Source: Candidatus Woesearchaeota archaeon (GTDB lineage: Archaea > Nanobdellota > Nanobdellia > Woesearchaeales > GW2011-AR4). Taken from it: a stretch of DNA of 64,000 bases. Under the pieces are notes generated by a model. The model ran no database searches. It was not told where the DNA came from and saw only the letters and a list, made by a program, of their open reading frames with translations. The translations under genes and the position numbers were made by a program. The stretch lies in the NCBI GenBank assembly GCA_016181305.1, contig JACOZN010000010.1, positions 133,242 to 197,241 of the forward strand, written 5' to 3'. This document shows, piece by piece, positions 1 through 8,867 of the stretch (its first letter is position 1; each line of letters begins with the position of its first letter).

Positions 1-529
1 TGGACGGTATAAGGGAGAATCCGATTCCAACCCTCTCGCCTTTTTTCAGGGCATATACCTCTCTCCATAAAATTTCAGAAGTTTGCATCAGCTCTTCCAT
101 CCTGTAATCCTCAAACCATTCTGTGTGGAAGGCTAAGCTAAAAGGGCCTGTAAAATTATTTTCCTTGGCTTCAATGATAAAATCCGGCTTTTTGAAGATT
201 TTTATGAACTCACCATTTGCCTTTTTGTCAACCTCTTCGATAAAACCCATTAATGCTGCTGTTTTTTCATTGTTTATGCCTTTTTCATGCTCTTCAGAAG
301 CTTCCCATACATCCTTTAAGGCATCCAATCCCTCTGACTTTTTGTTTATTCCAATGCAGCTCACATCTGCACCTAACTCGTGCAAAGCCCTGGACAATGG
401 TGCAATTGAATAGAAAGCTTTTTTGCTGCTTATGTCAAAAATAACTAAGAAATTCCTTCCTTTTGCACTTTTTATTTTATTTTTATAGTCTTGAACAGCA
501 GAATTAAACTCGTCTTCATTATATTTCAT
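1..529 (-). CDS. hypothetical protein, 3' end truncated by window edge. N-terminus reads MKYNEDEFNSAVQDYKNKIK...
   Basis: Open minus-strand frame from the ATG at 529 running past position 1. It is not in the ORF track because there is no stop in the window. The short listed ORFs 123..413 and 253..444 are shadows of it. Confidence 0.5.
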   Translation of the reverse strand, partial: MKYNEDEFNSAVQDYKNKIKSAKGRNFLVIFDISSKKAFYSIAPLSRALHELGADVSCIGINKKSEGLDALKDVWEASEEHEKGINNEKTAALMGFIEEVDKKANGEFIKIFKKPDFIIEAKENNFTGPFSLAFHTEWFEDYRMEELMQTSEILWREVYALKKGERVGIGFSLIPS

Positions 530-543
530 TTTAGAAAGTGTAT

Positions 544-1614
544 TTAAATGATTAATAAATCTTTTGATGTTTTTGTCAATAAGACTGGCTTGTTTTTGAA
601 CAACAAAGTGTCCTCAATCCTTATCCCAAACCTTTTCGGAAAATAAATTCCAGGCTCTATTGTGAAAACCATGCTGTTTTTTACCCTGTCTTTTGAATTT
701 AATGACAAATTGGGCATTTCATGGATTTCAACACCAACACCATGCCCTAAGCCATGGGTAAAGTAATTCTTGTACTTTCCGAGGCTTTTGACGACAAAAT
801 CGTAAAGCTCAGAGCATTTTTTATTATTTTTTACTTGGTTTATTGTATTTTTTTGTATTGTTAATAATAAATTGTAAATTTCCTGTTCTTTTTTGCTCGG
901 CTTGCCAACATAAATAGTCCTTGTCATGTCAGAACAGTAGCCTTTGTATTTTACCCCAAAATCTATGACGCAGAAGCCTTTTTTGATTCTTGAGTTGGAT
1001 GGCTCATGGTGGGGAATGCTTCCGTTGCTTCCAGAAGCTACAATTGGGCTGAATGACAATTCCAAGCCCAGTTTTTTTGCCTCGTATTCGAGAAAAGCAC
1101 TTGCTTCTGATTCTGTCCTGAACTTTTTGAAGTTTTTAATTGCTTTTTGCAGTATTTTATCAGCATAAGCGCATGATTTCTTTAGAATTTTGATTTCTTT
1201 TTCTGTTTTTATTTCCCTTATTTTCAGGCATTCAAAAGCTATGTCTCTTGCCTTGATTTTTTTAAACTGCTTTTTGAAATGCCTGTAAGAATTCAATGTA
1301 AAACTGCTTTTATCTATAGCAATGTTTTTTGTATTTAATCTGTTTTTTCTGGCAATTTTGTATATTGACTCAAAAAATCTCTTCTTTTTCATGGAATAAA
1401 CCTTTTTAATCATTGATTTTTCAGCTCTTTGCACTTCCATCTCGGGGACAATCAGAAAGGGCGCATGTTTTTTCGGTATAACCAGCGCGCCAAGCCCCTT
1501 ATAACCAGAAAAATAGAACATGTTTGCATTGATTTTTGACGAGTCTGAATTATAGAATAGGGCGGCATCGCTTCGCTTTTTCCCAAGAATTGGCTTCAGC
1601 TCATTTATTCTCAT
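544..1614 (-). CDS. M24-family metallopeptidase (Xaa-Pro aminopeptidase / prolidase-like)
   Basis: 356 aa. Pita-bread fold motifs (HGLGHGVGVEIHE, FTIEPGIY, IRIEDT) typical of M24B. Confidence 0.8.
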   Translation of the reverse strand: MRINELKPILGKKRSDAALFYNSDSSKINANMFYFSGYKGLGALVIPKKHAPFLIVPEMEVQRAEKSMIKKVYSMKKKRFFESIYKIARKNRLNTKNIAIDKSSFTLNSYRHFKKQFKKIKARDIAFECLKIREIKTEKEIKILKKSCAYADKILQKAIKNFKKFRTESEASAFLEYEAKKLGLELSFSPIVASGSNGSIPHHEPSNSRIKKGFCVIDFGVKYKGYCSDMTRTIYVGKPSKKEQEIYNLLLTIQKNTINQVKNNKKCSELYDFVVKSLGKYKNYFTHGLGHGVGVEIHEMPNLSLNSKDRVKNSMVFTIEPGIYFPKRFGIRIEDTLLFKNKPVLLTKTSKDLLII

Positions 1615-1659
1615 TGCAATTCAAAACTATTATAAACCATTTAAATTTTTCCCTTGCCT

Positions 1660-2868
1660 ATGCAGAAATACAGGCTTAAAAACGGGATTACCCTGATTTT
1701 TGAGAAGAATAATTCTAAATCAGTTGCTTTGGAAGTGATGTTCAAGGTCGGCTCTAATTTTGAGAGCAAGCAGATGGCAGGCATTTCCCATTTTCTGGAG
1801 CACATGCTTTTTGAGGGCACGAAAAGCAGGAAGGGCTCAAGGGAAATTGCGAACGAGATAGAAAAATACGGAGCGGAATTCAACGCCTACACAACAGGCG
1901 ACAGGACTGCATTTTTTATAAAAATCATCAACAAGAGATTTGACAGGGCGCTTGACATTTTGTCTGATATGGCTGCCAACCCTGTTTTCGGCAAAAAAAT
2001 CATTGAGAAGGAAAAGAAGGTTATCCTGAAGGAAATCAACATGGTTACAGACGACCCAAGGCTGCACCAGTGGATTCTGTTCCAGAAGACTTTGTTTGAG
2101 AGGCATCCCGCAAAAAACCCTACTTACGGCAGCATCGAGGCTGTAAAAAGCTTTGACAGGAAGCATGTCACCGGCTATTATTTCTCGCATTACCTGCCAA
2201 ACAACATGATTATCTCCATAGTGGGAAACGTCGATGGCGCCAAGGCCAAAGTTGAGAAGTATTTCGGCAGACTGAAGCCGGGCAAGCTTGTCAGGAGGCA
2301 GCCTGTTGAAGAGCCTTTGCAGAAAAGAATCAAAAAATTCGTTGAAAAAAGGAAAACAAACAACTCTTATATGGCTTTGGGGTACAAGACTGCGCCCAGA
2401 ATGCACAAAGACAGCTATGTTTTTGATGTCATTGCAGGGATACTGGGCAGGGGGCAGTCAGGCTGGGTTTTTGATGAGATAAGGAACAAAAGAGGGCTGG
2501 CGTACCAGGTTGGCGTGAACAATGAAAGCGAGACTGACTACGGGATGTTTGCTGTTTACTGCGGCTTGGACAAGAGAAACATAGAAAAGGCGAAAAAAAT
2601 CATATTGCAGCAGTTCAGAAGGCTTGAGAAACTGGGCAGAAATGACCTGGAAGAAGCCAAGACTTACATCGAAGGGAGCAATGCGCTTGAGACAGAGGAC
2701 AATTTCTCAAGAGCGGACAACTTAGCTGTTTGGGAGTCAATAAAGGATGCGAAGCTTGCTGATTCTTACCTGAAGAAGATAAGAAAAGTCACTATAGATG
2801 ATGTCAGAAGGGTTGCCAATAAATACCTTAATAATAAGTATACGATGGTTGTGATAGAGCAGAAATAG
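1660..2868 (+). CDS. M16-family zinc peptidase (pitrilysin-like)
   Basis: Inverted zinc motif HFLEH near the N-terminus, consistent with M16. The track start at 1654 is TTG; the ATG at 1660 is more likely. Confidence 0.8.
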   Translation: MQKYRLKNGITLIFEKNNSKSVALEVMFKVGSNFESKQMAGISHFLEHMLFEGTKSRKGSREIANEIEKYGAEFNAYTTGDRTAFFIKIINKRFDRALDILSDMAANPVFGKKIIEKEKKVILKEINMVTDDPRLHQWILFQKTLFERHPAKNPTYGSIEAVKSFDRKHVTGYYFSHYLPNNMIISIVGNVDGAKAKVEKYFGRLKPGKLVRRQPVEEPLQKRIKKFVEKRKTNNSYMALGYKTAPRMHKDSYVFDVIAGILGRGQSGWVFDEIRNKRGLAYQVGVNNESETDYGMFAVYCGLDKRNIEKAKKIILQQFRRLEKLGRNDLEEAKTYIEGSNALETEDNFSRADNLAVWESIKDAKLADSYLKKIRKVTIDDVRRVANKYLNNKYTMVVIEQK

Positions 2869-2939
2869 ATTTTACTACTTTATAGTTATTAATAAGCAAA
2901 GGTTTTTAAATAGTTGTTATGTTTCTTAATTGGATATAA

Positions 2940-4079
2940 ATGCCAAAAGAAATTTATCCAGAATTGGATGGAATTGCCAAAATTATTTTTGCTATAGACG
3001 GGAGTATAGCTATTTTGTCTCCTTCCAGAGCCTCTAAACCAGATTATAAAAGTGGGGAGGAATGCATCTTTTGTCCACCATCAAGAGGGAGTTTAGCTAA
3101 TCCTGTGATTGGAAAAGATTTGCTGAGCGAGATGAATGAACGGGGGCTGTATATTATGGATAACGCATTTCCTACATTTTCATCTCAGGAAAAAGTAGCT
3201 AGTATAGATACCAGGTATATGCCGCATCCTGGGATTTTTCACGATTTAAAACCAGCCGTAGGCAGACACCTTGTAATGATAGAAACACCCCATCATAAAT
3301 TAAACCCTTTTTCAGATTCCAGAGAAACTACCGAATATTACAGAAATTTAGTTTGGGGGTACATTCAAATGCTAAATTTCCTCAAAGATCAAGGGTATAA
3401 ATGGGGAGGCGTTGGAAAAAATAGGAATGGTGTGGAAACTTTGAAAATGCCATTTTTTTCTGAATTAGTAAGGTTATTCTTTCCGAATTATGGAGTATTA
3501 GATGCAGGTTCATCACAACCGCATCCTCATTCACAAGCTATAGGATTGAGCTTTGTGCCTAATAAATTAGAAGAATTAGTAAAAAGCAGTTTTGAATACG
3601 AAAAATTTTTGGCTAAAGATTCAGAGGGAGATATATTGGCAGGCTGTAGTAATTGTTTAATGGCTAGAGAATATATAAGCAAAACACTCGTATCAAATAA
3701 ATACTATACTGTTTTTGTTGCGGAAGTTCCATTTGGCACAAATCCTTACCATGAAGAAATAAGAGTTTATCCCATAAATCATCAAAGTCATTTTGAAGCC
3801 ATGAGTACTGAGCAGGCTTTGGCTTTAGCTGATATTCTGCATAAGACTATGGCTATTCTGGGTAAGAATAAGGACATCGGCTACAACTTTGAGGTAAGGC
3901 AGGGCCCCTGGATAAGTGAATATGATATAAGGAAGTCTCATTGGACCTTTTCTATATATCCTGCACATGATAGAAAAACCGTAAAACATATAGGATTTAT
4001 ACCACATTTAATTGGAGCATCAATAATTGAAAGTGACACAGATGCGCTTAGGCAAAAAATTTTAGATGGAAGATTATGA
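2940..4079 (+). CDS. GalT-like HIT-superfamily nucleotidyltransferase (galactose-1-phosphate uridylyltransferase family)
   Basis: CIFCPP zinc motif and HPHSQ (HxHxQ) nucleotidyl-transfer motif. Length about 380 aa. AT-rich codon usage relative to its neighbours. Confidence 0.5.
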   Translation: MPKEIYPELDGIAKIIFAIDGSIAILSPSRASKPDYKSGEECIFCPPSRGSLANPVIGKDLLSEMNERGLYIMDNAFPTFSSQEKVASIDTRYMPHPGIFHDLKPAVGRHLVMIETPHHKLNPFSDSRETTEYYRNLVWGYIQMLNFLKDQGYKWGGVGKNRNGVETLKMPFFSELVRLFFPNYGVLDAGSSQPHPHSQAIGLSFVPNKLEELVKSSFEYEKFLAKDSEGDILAGCSNCLMAREYISKTLVSNKYYTVFVAEVPFGTNPYHEEIRVYPINHQSHFEAMSTEQALALADILHKTMAILGKNKDIGYNFEVRQGPWISEYDIRKSHWTFSIYPAHDRKTVKHIGFIPHLIGASIIESDTDALRQKILDGRL

Positions 4080-4081
4080 TT

Positions 4082-5152
4082 TTATCTCGTCACTTCAAAC
4101 CCTTTTATCGTTTCAAGAAGCTTCTTTAGTTTTGTATCTTTCTGGAATTTTTCCCTTACTGGCTTTATCATTTCATTGATGTAGTGAGCAACTGCATTTT
4201 TCAGATCCATTGGGTGGATTTTTCCCTCCCTGTAGAGCTTTTCCAGCTCTGCATAGTTCTCTATGACTAAATCGCCGCCAAACTTTTCCACCCTTTTTAT
4301 TTCCATTGTGCTGAACTTCTCGAATATAAGGTATTTTGAATATTCGAGCATCGGGTTTTCTTCTATGATTTTAGCAGGGCAGTAAGCCTTTGCTATCTTT
4401 TTCTTTATTTCTTCCTCTGAGTCGTTCATGAAAATAGCTTTTTCAGGGTTTGTTTTTGACATTTTCAATTCAAGAATCCTGTTTTCATCGTTTGTCTTTG
4501 GAGGCTCTCCCAGACCCATAAGCATATGATGCGATACAACAACAGGCTTCCAATAACCGAGCTTTTCCCCTATTTCCCTTGCCAGTATGTTTACTTTCCT
4601 CTGGTCCATGCCCAACTGGGTTATGTCCGCCTTCAGATGGAAAATGTCAGCGCACTGCATCGCAGGATACAGGATTTGAGAAGCCTGCTGCACATCAGCT
4701 TCTTTCCTGCCCATTATCTGCCCGCACCTTATCATTCTCTGGATTGTGGTGCTTCTTGCGACATTCACGACTTTTTTCCAGTATTCTGCATCAGAAACAG
4801 CATCGCTTGTCCACAAAAATTCAATCTTTTCTGTTTCCATTCCGCAAGCTTTCCATACTTCAACCTGGTGCTTGCCGACAAGCTTTATTTTTTCCAAATC
4901 TCCGCCCATCTTGTTGTTGAGCCAGCCAAACCAGTCTGCAACCCACATTTTGAACCTGCAGCCTGCCTTTAGCATCTTGTTGACGTTTATTGCTCGCATT
5001 ATGCCTTGGGCGATGTGGAGGTTGCCACTTGGTTCAAATCCGTCATAAGCGATTGGGTGTTCTTTTGTCTTTAGAAGGTGCCTTAATTCGTCTTCTGTAA
5101 TGATTTCCTCTCCAACCTGATTTATCAATGCTATCCTGCTTTCAAAGTCCAT
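4082..5152 (-). CDS. tyrS: tyrosyl-tRNA synthetase (archaeal type)
   Basis: GFEPSG class-I signature and a KMSKT loop. The C-terminal block AKAYCPAKIIEENPMLEYSKY...KFGGDL...HPMDLKNAVA is strongly similar to archaeal TyrRS. Confidence 0.9.
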   Translation of the reverse strand: MDFESRIALINQVGEEIITEDELRHLLKTKEHPIAYDGFEPSGNLHIAQGIMRAINVNKMLKAGCRFKMWVADWFGWLNNKMGGDLEKIKLVGKHQVEVWKACGMETEKIEFLWTSDAVSDAEYWKKVVNVARSTTIQRMIRCGQIMGRKEADVQQASQILYPAMQCADIFHLKADITQLGMDQRKVNILAREIGEKLGYWKPVVVSHHMLMGLGEPPKTNDENRILELKMSKTNPEKAIFMNDSEEEIKKKIAKAYCPAKIIEENPMLEYSKYLIFEKFSTMEIKRVEKFGGDLVIENYAELEKLYREGKIHPMDLKNAVAHYINEMIKPVREKFQKDTKLKKLLETIKGFEVTR

Positions 5153-5320
5153 AAATAGTTAATTTTTTGATTGGTATTTAAAGGTTTTTAGAAAGAGTAT
5201 TGTTAATTTTAATATTATTTTAAAATTCAATCTGCCTTCGGCAAAATCTAGTGCTCGGAGGCACGGCAATTAATGCCATTATTATTACTTTTCGTTTACA
5301 GCCTCGCCTGTTTATTTGAC

Positions 5321-5390
5321 TAAAACAGCAAAAGCGGATTACTTCAATCACTAATACTTTTAGAAGTCGCTCTCGTGATTGATTTTATTT
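5321..5390 (-). repeat. conserved ~70-nt element, copy A. It is in the same orientation as tyrS, 170–240 nt upstream of it.
   Basis: Read on the minus strand: aaataaaatcaatcacgagagcgactt... This matches 23061..23130 at 25/27 positions, followed by shared blocks gtat, gtgat and ccgcttttg. Confidence 0.55.
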
Positions 5391-5437
5391 TTTATTCTGT
5401 CAATGAATTATTTTTATTTCATTTATCTTAATGCTAT

Positions 5438-5692
5438 TTATTGTTTTGGAGAATAAACTCTTTTTAGAATCATCTGGCTCGCTATTCCGAGAGAAACTCC
5501 AAGAGTTTCCAAAGCAAAGAAAATTATCATGCTGAAGGGCAGATTTGAAACGTAAGTGCTGAATCCAGTGGCATCTGAAACAACATTTCCAGTTGGCATT
5601 ATGCTTGCAGGACTTCCATTATCGCCATAAATAGGAAGCATGAAGTAAACCAATAAAGCAATTAAAGCTCCTATGTAAGCGCCTTCTTTCAT
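5438..5692 (-). CDS. small hydrophobic membrane protein
   Basis: 84-aa ORF with two predicted TM segments and no recognisable family. Confidence 0.4.
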   Translation of the reverse strand: MKEGAYIGALIALLVYFMLPIYGDNGSPASIMPTGNVVSDATGFSTYVSNLPFSMIIFFALETLGVSLGIASQMILKRVYSPKQ

Positions 5693-5744
5693 AATTTAAT
5701 TTGTTTGATATTTAGAATATAAAGGTTGCGGTTTGGGGTTATAT

Positions 5745-6608
5745 TTAACTTACAAGCTTTTTGAAATCTTCATCTTTCCATAAGAATTTGAAATCTTCAT
5801 CTTTTTTGGCGTCATCTTTATGTTTGCTATCAAGTTCTATTGCTTTTTTTAAATTAAGAAGCGCTTCTTCCTTTTTATTTTTTATTGAATAATAACAAGA
5901 TATATTAAACCAAACATTTGGATCTTTTGGGTCTAGTTCTATTGCCTTTTCAAATGCTTTTAATGCTTCCTCAGGTTTATTTAGTTTAAAAAGGATAACA
6001 CCTTTATTAACCCATAACGTATTATCTTTTGGGTCTAGTTCTATTGCCTTTTCAAATGCTTTTAATGATAATTCATAATTTCCTTTTTTGTAATAATCAA
6101 CACCACGAATAAAAAATCTGGCAGGGGCTTCTATGCCTAAGATTTCTAGTTCTTCCACTCGATGTTTAATTTGTCCTATATCTTCTTTAGATACTTTTTC
6201 AATTGATATATCCTTAATTTTTTTTATTGATTCATTTACCTCATTTTCTGCCCTATTTCTAATTTCTTGTATTTCTCTTAGATTTTTTTCTGCCTGTTTT
6301 CTTATTTTACTCCATTTACTATACTGAAAGAATCCCAATCCAATTGCTATTGTAACTAAAATAGCTATTAATGTGACTAACACCCCCATGCCAGTCACAA
6401 CTATATTTAGGGTTGTCAGCGACCTATCAAAATTTCTTTGTGATTCTGCCAATATACTTTCTGGGGATGCTATACCCTGATTTTGTTTATAATCAATCGG
6501 TTTATTTATAATAGCAGTTTTATTTATTGTAGTATTTTTTTGTGCGAATATTGTTTGAAGTAACAATACAAAAATAAATACAAAGATTATTAATTTAAGA
6601 TGTTTCAT
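5745..6608 (-). CDS. membrane-anchored TPR-repeat protein
   Basis: N-terminal signal/TM segment, a second TM segment and a coiled region. C-terminal TPR units contain the repeated AIELDPKD..W.NKG motif; an internal direct repeat of about 45 nt is visible in the DNA. Confidence 0.7.
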   Translation of the reverse strand: MKHLKLIIFVFIFVLLLQTIFAQKNTTINKTAIINKPIDYKQNQGIASPESILAESQRNFDRSLTTLNIVVTGMGVLVTLIAILVTIAIGLGFFQYSKWSKIRKQAEKNLREIQEIRNRAENEVNESIKKIKDISIEKVSKEDIGQIKHRVEELEILGIEAPARFFIRGVDYYKKGNYELSLKAFEKAIELDPKDNTLWVNKGVILFKLNKPEEALKAFEKAIELDPKDPNVWFNISCYYSIKNKKEEALLNLKKAIELDSKHKDDAKKDEDFKFLWKDEDFKKLVS

Positions 6609-6724
6609 AAGTTACCCCTATGTATTAACTTTCAAGTAATGTATTTAAAATTATCTATAATAAACTCTTAACCACTGGACATCTTCACGCAAACTATTTA
6701 AACCAATTCTACAGCGAAATTGCC

Positions 6725-7576
6725 ATGAAAATCTCTGTCTCATTGCTGTCAAGCTACCTGTACTGCTCCAGAAAGCTGTTTTTAGAGCAGGTATTGCTGT
6801 TGAAAGAGCCTCCAAAGGAAAGCCTTGTGCTTGGCTCTATAAGGCATGAAACATATGACAATATAAACAAGGCAGAAGAAGCAATTGTCACTTCAATAGC
6901 GAAAAAGACGCCTCTTGCAGGCCTTGAAGTGATGTACAGGCAGAAATACCTCCAGATTCTAAGGCAGGCTATAGCCAACAACAGGCATAGGCTTGAAGAT
7001 GTGAGTATGGGCATGCTGGATGCATACAGGAGAAGCTCTGCCTTTATAAGCGACGAGTCAATGACAAGGGCAAGCAACATCTTCAGCTTCATAGAATCAA
7101 ACAACGTTTTTGGAGATGAATTATGGCAGAGGCTGGAGCCAAAGATACTGTCAGAGCTCAGGGTTGAGTCAGAAACTCTGAGGCTAAAGGGCATAATTGA
7201 CCAGGTTCATGTTTATAATGGTGAATACGTGCCTTTTGAGCTGAAAACAGGCAGGACTCCAAATGACGGAGTATGGCCTTCTCATAGAATACAGCTTGCA
7301 GCCTATTCATTGCTTTTGCAGGAGCGCTTCAAAAAGCCAGTCAAGGAAGGCTTTGTTGTTTACCTTGACACCAAGGAAAAGAGGCACATTGCAATAAACC
7401 CTTACATGAAAGAAGAGGTAACCCAAATAGTAAATGAAATACTGGAACTGCTGGAAAGCAGGGAACTGCCTGATTTTTGCAATAATGAAAACAAGTGCAG
7501 GAAGTGCGGATTAGAGGCTACTTGCTATAATGAAGAGGAGGTAAATAATCTGCTGAAAATCAAGGTACAATCCTAA
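6725..7576 (+). CDS. Cas4/RecB-family PD-(D/E)xK nuclease with a Fe-S cysteine cluster (stand-alone)
   Basis: Four motifs are present: YLYCSRKLFLE N-terminal Cys motif, IDQV...FELKTG (D...ExK), QLAAY, and C-terminal CNNENKCRKCGLEATC. Confidence 0.7.
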   Translation: MKISVSLLSSYLYCSRKLFLEQVLLLKEPPKESLVLGSIRHETYDNINKAEEAIVTSIAKKTPLAGLEVMYRQKYLQILRQAIANNRHRLEDVSMGMLDAYRRSSAFISDESMTRASNIFSFIESNNVFGDELWQRLEPKILSELRVESETLRLKGIIDQVHVYNGEYVPFELKTGRTPNDGVWPSHRIQLAAYSLLLQERFKKPVKEGFVVYLDTKEKRHIAINPYMKEEVTQIVNEILELLESRELPDFCNNENKCRKCGLEATCYNEEEVNNLLKIKVQS

Positions 7577-7661
7577 AAATAAAAACATTTAAATATAACT
7601 TCTCTTACAATCCTTGAGTAATGACTATAGAGGGATAAACAAACAAAGCGAGGTTTTCACA

Positions 7662-7925
7662 ATGCCAGAAGATGATAAGAAATTTTCAAAGCAACTGATT
7701 GGAAAGACTGTTGTGAGCAAGACGGGCAAGAGGTTTGGAGAGGTTGGAGATATTATTTTCGAGACAAGAAGCGGCGAGCTAATCCATATGGTGCTTCACA
7801 ACCCGACTTCATACACAGAAAAGCTTGAGCTTGAAAAGGACAAGGAAGGGCATATTCTGATACCATTCAGCGCAGTGATTGCAGTCGGCGACTTCATGGT
7901 TGTTGCTGAGGAAGATATTATCTAA
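7662..7925 (+). CDS. PRC-barrel domain protein
   Basis: GKTVVSKTGKRFGEVGDIIFETRSGEL and VIAVGDFMVV blocks resemble PRC barrels. The track start at 7614 is TTG; the ATG at 7662 has GAGG eight nt upstream. Confidence 0.6.
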   Translation: MPEDDKKFSKQLIGKTVVSKTGKRFGEVGDIIFETRSGELIHMVLHNPTSYTEKLELEKDKEGHILIPFSAVIAVGDFMVVAEEDII

Positions 7926-7985
7926 ACATTTTTAAACATAGTTTGTTTTCTCGGGTTCTCTGAAATAAAGGGCCAGAAGGAGATA

Positions 7986-8867
7986 GTGAAAAGAGTAAAA
8001 GCCTTTGTCGAGCAGCAGAATCTGCCTCATTTGTTGTTTGCAGGGCCTGCAGGAGTCGGCAAGACAAGCCTGTCATTAGTCATTGCAAAAAAGCTGTTCA
8101 AGGACTTGTGGCACCAGAATTTTCTTGAGCTGAATGCATCTGATGAAAGGGGCATTGACATCATAAGAAACAAGGTAAAGGACTTTGCGAGGACAAGGGC
8201 CATAGGCAATGTTCCTTTCAAGATAATTTATCTTGACGAGTGCGATGCATTGACGAGAGAGGCCCAGCAGGCTTTAAGAAGGACAATGGAGAACTACACC
8301 CAGACATGCAGGTTTATCTTGTCTGCAAATTACTCCTCAAAAATAATCGAGCCCATACAAAGCAGGTGCGTTGTTTTCCGCTTTAAGCAGCTGGACAAAA
8401 AAGACATCATTGAAATCATTGAAAAGATTGCAAAGGACGAGAAATTAAAAATTGACGAGAAGGCAAAAGATGCATTGTATGAGATTTGCGAAGGAGACTG
8501 CAGGAAGCTGGAAAACATCCTGCAAAGCTCTGCTGCAATTGCAGAGCACATAACAGAGGATTTGGTGCATTCAATGGCTTCAGTGGCAAAGCCAAAAGAG
8601 ATAAGGGATGTCTTGGAGCTTGCATTGAGCAACAAATTCATTGACGCAAGGAACAAATTGCTTGGTCTGATGCTGAGCTATGGGTTGGCCGGCATTGACG
8701 TAATAAAGCAGATACAAAAGGAAATTTTGGATTTAGGCATAGACAACAAAGCCAAGATGATTCTGATAGAGAAATGCGGCGAAATTGAGTTCAGGATGAC
8801 AGAAGGCTCTGATGAGTTTGTGCAGCTGGAAGCCTTGCTGAGCCAGTTTGCCCTTGTCGGGAGTTAA
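7986..8867 (+). CDS. rfcS: replication factor C small subunit (clamp loader)
   Basis: Walker A GPAGVGKTS, DEAD-like YLDECD, SRC motif and LEALLSQFALVG C-terminus. GTG start. The frame is open upstream and still matches RFC (IKGQKEIVKR), but there is no ATG and no PWVEKYRP box. Confidence 0.85.
   Translation: MKRVKAFVEQQNLPHLLFAGPAGVGKTSLSLVIAKKLFKDLWHQNFLELNASDERGIDIIRNKVKDFARTRAIGNVPFKIIYLDECDALTREAQQALRRTMENYTQTCRFILSANYSSKIIEPIQSRCVVFRFKQLDKKDIIEIIEKIAKDEKLKIDEKAKDALYEICEGDCRKLENILQSSAAIAEHITEDLVHSMASVAKPKEIRDVLELALSNKFIDARNKLLGLMLSYGLAGIDVIKQIQKEILDLGIDNKAKMILIEKCGEIEFRMTEGSDEFVQLEALLSQFALVGS

Noticed and set aside
1837-2406. Many ORF-track entries antisense to or embedded in strong genes. 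Examples: 1837..2406(−) inside the M16 peptidase; 4526..5048(+) inside tyrS; 13326..14483(+) inside the SLT giant; 52770..53588(+) and 54111..55031(+) opposite ribosomal genes; 31533..31944(−) inside aroA.
   Set aside because: They overlap well-supported conserved genes on the other strand. They have low-complexity or proline/serine-rich translations and no motifs. They are shadow ORFs.
5228-5262. gccttcggc…gctcggaggc and caatcac…gtgattg hairpin-like segments in the long tyrS 5' region, considered as a small structured ncRNA.
   Set aside because: The stems are short and imperfect. Only the conserved 70-nt element nearby has supporting evidence (a second copy). The rest cannot be supported from sequence alone.
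5403-5456. Small plus-strand ORF MNYFYFIYLNAIYCFGE (4 Tyr, 3 Phe in 17 aa) near tyrS, which looked like a Tyr leader peptide.
   Set aside because: It is on the strand opposite to tyrS and antisense to the 5438..5692 ORF. It has no downstream gene in its own orientation. The region is so AT-rich that tat/ttt codons are expected by chance.
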